Source: Candidatus Bathyarchaeota archaeon | GTDB lineage: Archaea > Thermoproteota > Bathyarchaeia > Bathyarchaeales > Bathycorpusculaceae | Reading direction: 5' to 3' | Assembly (NCBI GenBank): GCA_963775895.1 | Contig: CAVZKL010000013.1 | Coordinates: 1 to 64,000, forward strand | Length of the DNA: 64,000 nucleotides | Notes under the pieces: generated by a model | The model's database searches: none | The model's input: only the letters and a program-made list of their open reading frames with translations | Told to the model about the DNA's origin: nothing | Shown here: one piece after another, positions 61,779-64,000 of the stretch | How the letters are laid out: every line of letters starts with the position of its first letter | Numbering within the stretch: the stretch's first letter is position 1 | Made by a program: the position numbers and the translations under genes

Positions 61779-64000
61779 TCAAACCCCCGCGCTGAGCGAC
61801 CCCTTCCAAGCTGCCAGAAGGTCGTTAATTGAAGCGTCAATCACAATTTCACGCGTCAACCCCCGGATGCGCAGGCTTGTCGTTTTTGTAACCCTTCCTA
61901 TTTCGGATAAGACTTGCCCCTTCATCAGAGTTTCAAAGTGATCTTTTGCTTTCTGTGAAACTTCAACTAAGAAGCGGCTGTTCGACTCTGAGAACAGAAC
62001 CAAATCATTGCGGCTCAAATTACGCCTCGGAACGTCTAACAAGTTCATTTCGATGCCGTACCCACCTGCAAATGCCATCTCAGCTGCTGCAACCGCCAGA
62101 CCTCCTTCTGACAGGTCGTGACAAGCCTTGACTAGGCCCAAATCGATGGCCTTTGTCAACGCGCGGTAAGTCTTCTTTGCCTGTTTCCCGCGCACTTTGG
62201 GCACGGTTTTACCGATAAAGCCGTTCAGTCTATAGTACTCCGAGCCACCAAGTTCGAAGAAAGTCTCCCCAACAATATACATTGAGTCGCCGTTTGACTT
62301 CACGTCCATTGAAACCGCGGAACGCACGTCTGGAATGATGCCTAATGCGGTTATAAGAAGTGTCGGAGTCACTGGCCCCAAGGGCGATTCGTTGTAAAGG
62401 CTGTCTTTGCCCGAAATGAAGGGTGTTTCATAAGCAACTGCAAAATCATAACAGGCTTCACATGCTCTTACAAGGCTACCCAGTCGTTCTGGTCGTTCAG
62501 GGTTCCCCCACGTGAAGTTGTCCAGCAATGCGATACGTCGGCCACCCACGGCCACGTTGTTTCTTATCGCCTCATCAATCACGGAGGCTGCCATCCAATA
62601 AGTGTCGATCTTACCATAGTTCGGGTTCATCCCGCATGAGATCACGATACCTTTCCAAGAATCGTTCAGTGGTTTCAGTACCGCAGCGTCATTTGGTCCC
62701 GCGTTTTCTCCCTGGAATGGTTTCAGCACAGTGTTTCCTTTCACTTCGTGGTCGTACGTTCGAACAACGCTCTCTTTGCTGGCGATGTTGGGTGACGCAA
62801 GAAGTTTCAACAACGTTTCCGTAAGTCGTTTTGAATCTGGCAAATTTGGCTCCTCAAACTGCGTATGCTCAAGTACCGCAGTTTTCGTCGTCTTTGGCGG
62901 CCCAAACAGAAAGGCGAGATCCATCCTTGCGACTTTCTGACCTTGATAGCTGAGTTCCAGAGTTCTCTCAGAAACGAGTGTTCCGATTGCGGTAGCCTGA
63001 ACGTCTTCCTCTTTGAAAACGTTCAATGCTCTTTCAAGGTTTTCAGGTGGCACGGTCAGGAGCATTCTCTCTTGGGATTCAGAAATGTAGATCTCCCATG
63101 GAGCTAATCCAGCGTATTTCAGGGGGACTTTCTCGAGGTTCACCTTAGCACCGACTGCAAACCTGTTTGCGGTTTCGCCCACTGCAGAGGATAAACCGCC
63201 TCCGCCCAGATCAGTGATCGAGGATGCAAGCTCCAAGTCTCGGATCGCGATTATCGCTCTTTTCAGTTTCTCTTCTTCTATGGGGTTTGCAATTTGCACG
63301 GATGGACGTGACACTTCTTCAGATTTCTCCGTCAGTTCTGCTGATGCAAAGGTCACGCCGTGAATGCCGTCTCGGCCGGTCTTGCCGCCTGCGATTACGA
63401 TTATGTCGTTTGGTTTGGCGGCTTTCTTGAACTTCCTAAGAGGAAGTAATCCGACGCATCCGCAGTAGACAACGACGTTTCCGACATAGGTTTCGTCGAA
63501 GTATATGGCGCCGTTCACCGTCGGAATTCCCATGTTGTTTCCGTAGCTTCCTATGCCCGCCACTACGCCCATGTACACGTATTTGGGATGCTTGACACCG
63601 GCTGGAAGCTTTGTGTAGTCGAAGTCCAAAGGGCCGAAGCCCAGTACGTCAGTGCAAGCGATTGGGTCAGCCCAGACGCCCAATATGTCGCGGATGACTC
63701 CGCCTGTTCCTGTGGCTGCCCCTCCGAAGGGTTCCACTGCGCTTGGATGGTTGTGTGTTTCCACTTTCATCGCTATTCCGTGATTTTTGTCAAAATCCAC
63801 GATTCCAGCGTTGTCTTCGAAAACAGAGAAACACCATTTTGGTTTGATCTTCTTGACAGTTTCAGAGATGTATGTCTTGAATAGACTGTTGATTTCTTTT
63901 CCTTTGAATTTTATCTTGCCCTTGAAGGTTTTATGGTAGCAGTGTTCAGACCATGTTTGGCCTAGGGTTTGGAGTTCCACGTCGGTTGGATTTCGACGTT
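61779..64000 (-). CDS. purL: FGAM synthase subunit PurL (5' end beyond the window)
   Basis: WSEHCYHK, ETHNHPSAVEP, DLGGGG, SESQERM, GKDSLYN, HDLSEGG. Confidence 0.93.
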   Translation of the reverse strand, partial: RRNPTDVELQTLGQTWSEHCYHKTFKGKIKFKGKEINSLFKTYISETVKKIKPKWCFSVFEDNAGIVDFDKNHGIAMKVETHNHPSAVEPFGGAATGTGGVIRDILGVWADPIACTDVLGFGPLDFDYTKLPAGVKHPKYVYMGVVAGIGSYGNNMGIPTVNGAIYFDETYVGNVVVYCGCVGLLPLRKFKKAAKPNDIIVIAGGKTGRDGIHGVTFASAELTEKSEEVSRPSVQIANPIEEEKLKRAIIAIRDLELASSITDLGGGGLSSAVGETANRFAVGAKVNLEKVPLKYAGLAPWEIYISESQERMLLTVPPENLERALNVFKEEDVQATAIGTLVSERTLELSYQGQKVARMDLAFLFGPPKTTKTAVLEHTQFEEPNLPDSKRLTETLLKLLASPNIASKESVVRTYDHEVKGNTVLKPFQGENAGPNDAAVLKPLNDSWKGIVISCGMNPNYGKIDTYWMAASVIDEAIRNNVAVGGRRIALLDNFTWGNPERPERLGSLVRACEACYDFAVAYETPFISGKDSLYNESPLGPVTPTLLITALGIIPDVRSAVSMDVKSNGDSMYIVGETFFELGGSEYYRLNGFIGKTVPKVRGKQAKKTYRALTKAIDLGLVKACHDLSEGGLAVAAAEMAFAGGYGIEMNLLDVPRRNLSRNDLVLFSESNSRFLVEVSQKAKDHFETLMKGQVLSEIGRVTKTTSLRIRGLTREIVIDASINDLLAAWKGSLSAGV

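Overview
Archaeal chromosomal segment with a TACK/Bathyarchaeia-like gene set (histone, S25e, Alba, Cren7-like protein, TFB, Ftr, HdrA); the lineage is inferred from gene content. Most of it is housekeeping: hdrA fragment, trpY-trpB2, fen, EF-1beta, cdc48, pth2, truD, r-proteins, sucCD, aspS, pur genes and an intron-containing initiator tRNA-Met. Two accessory regions stand out. (1) At 14.1-21.5 kb, an array of about 11 small accessory genes (GNATs, 2H phosphoesterases, PIN-like, DUF3795, membrane proteins) has a co-oriented ~28-bp motif (GGTTCAGCTATAACTTTTCCGCAAAACC) at most junctions; it looks like a cassette array and lies where strand composition appears to flip. (2) At 38972-44215, a 5.2-kb unit transposon with perfect 23-bp TIRs, a near-perfect 9-bp target duplication and one central IS6-family transposase carries an R-M fusion plus half-size S subunit, two tiny ORFs and a probable structured RNA, and sits just upstream of the tRNA-iMet promoter. 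Also notable: an Ftr homolog in the purF-purD operon where a GAR formyltransferase would be expected, a ParB/SerK-like gene after TrpB2 under TRP boxes, and an unannotated C/D-box sRNA. About a dozen genes are frameshifted, most likely from long-read indel errors.
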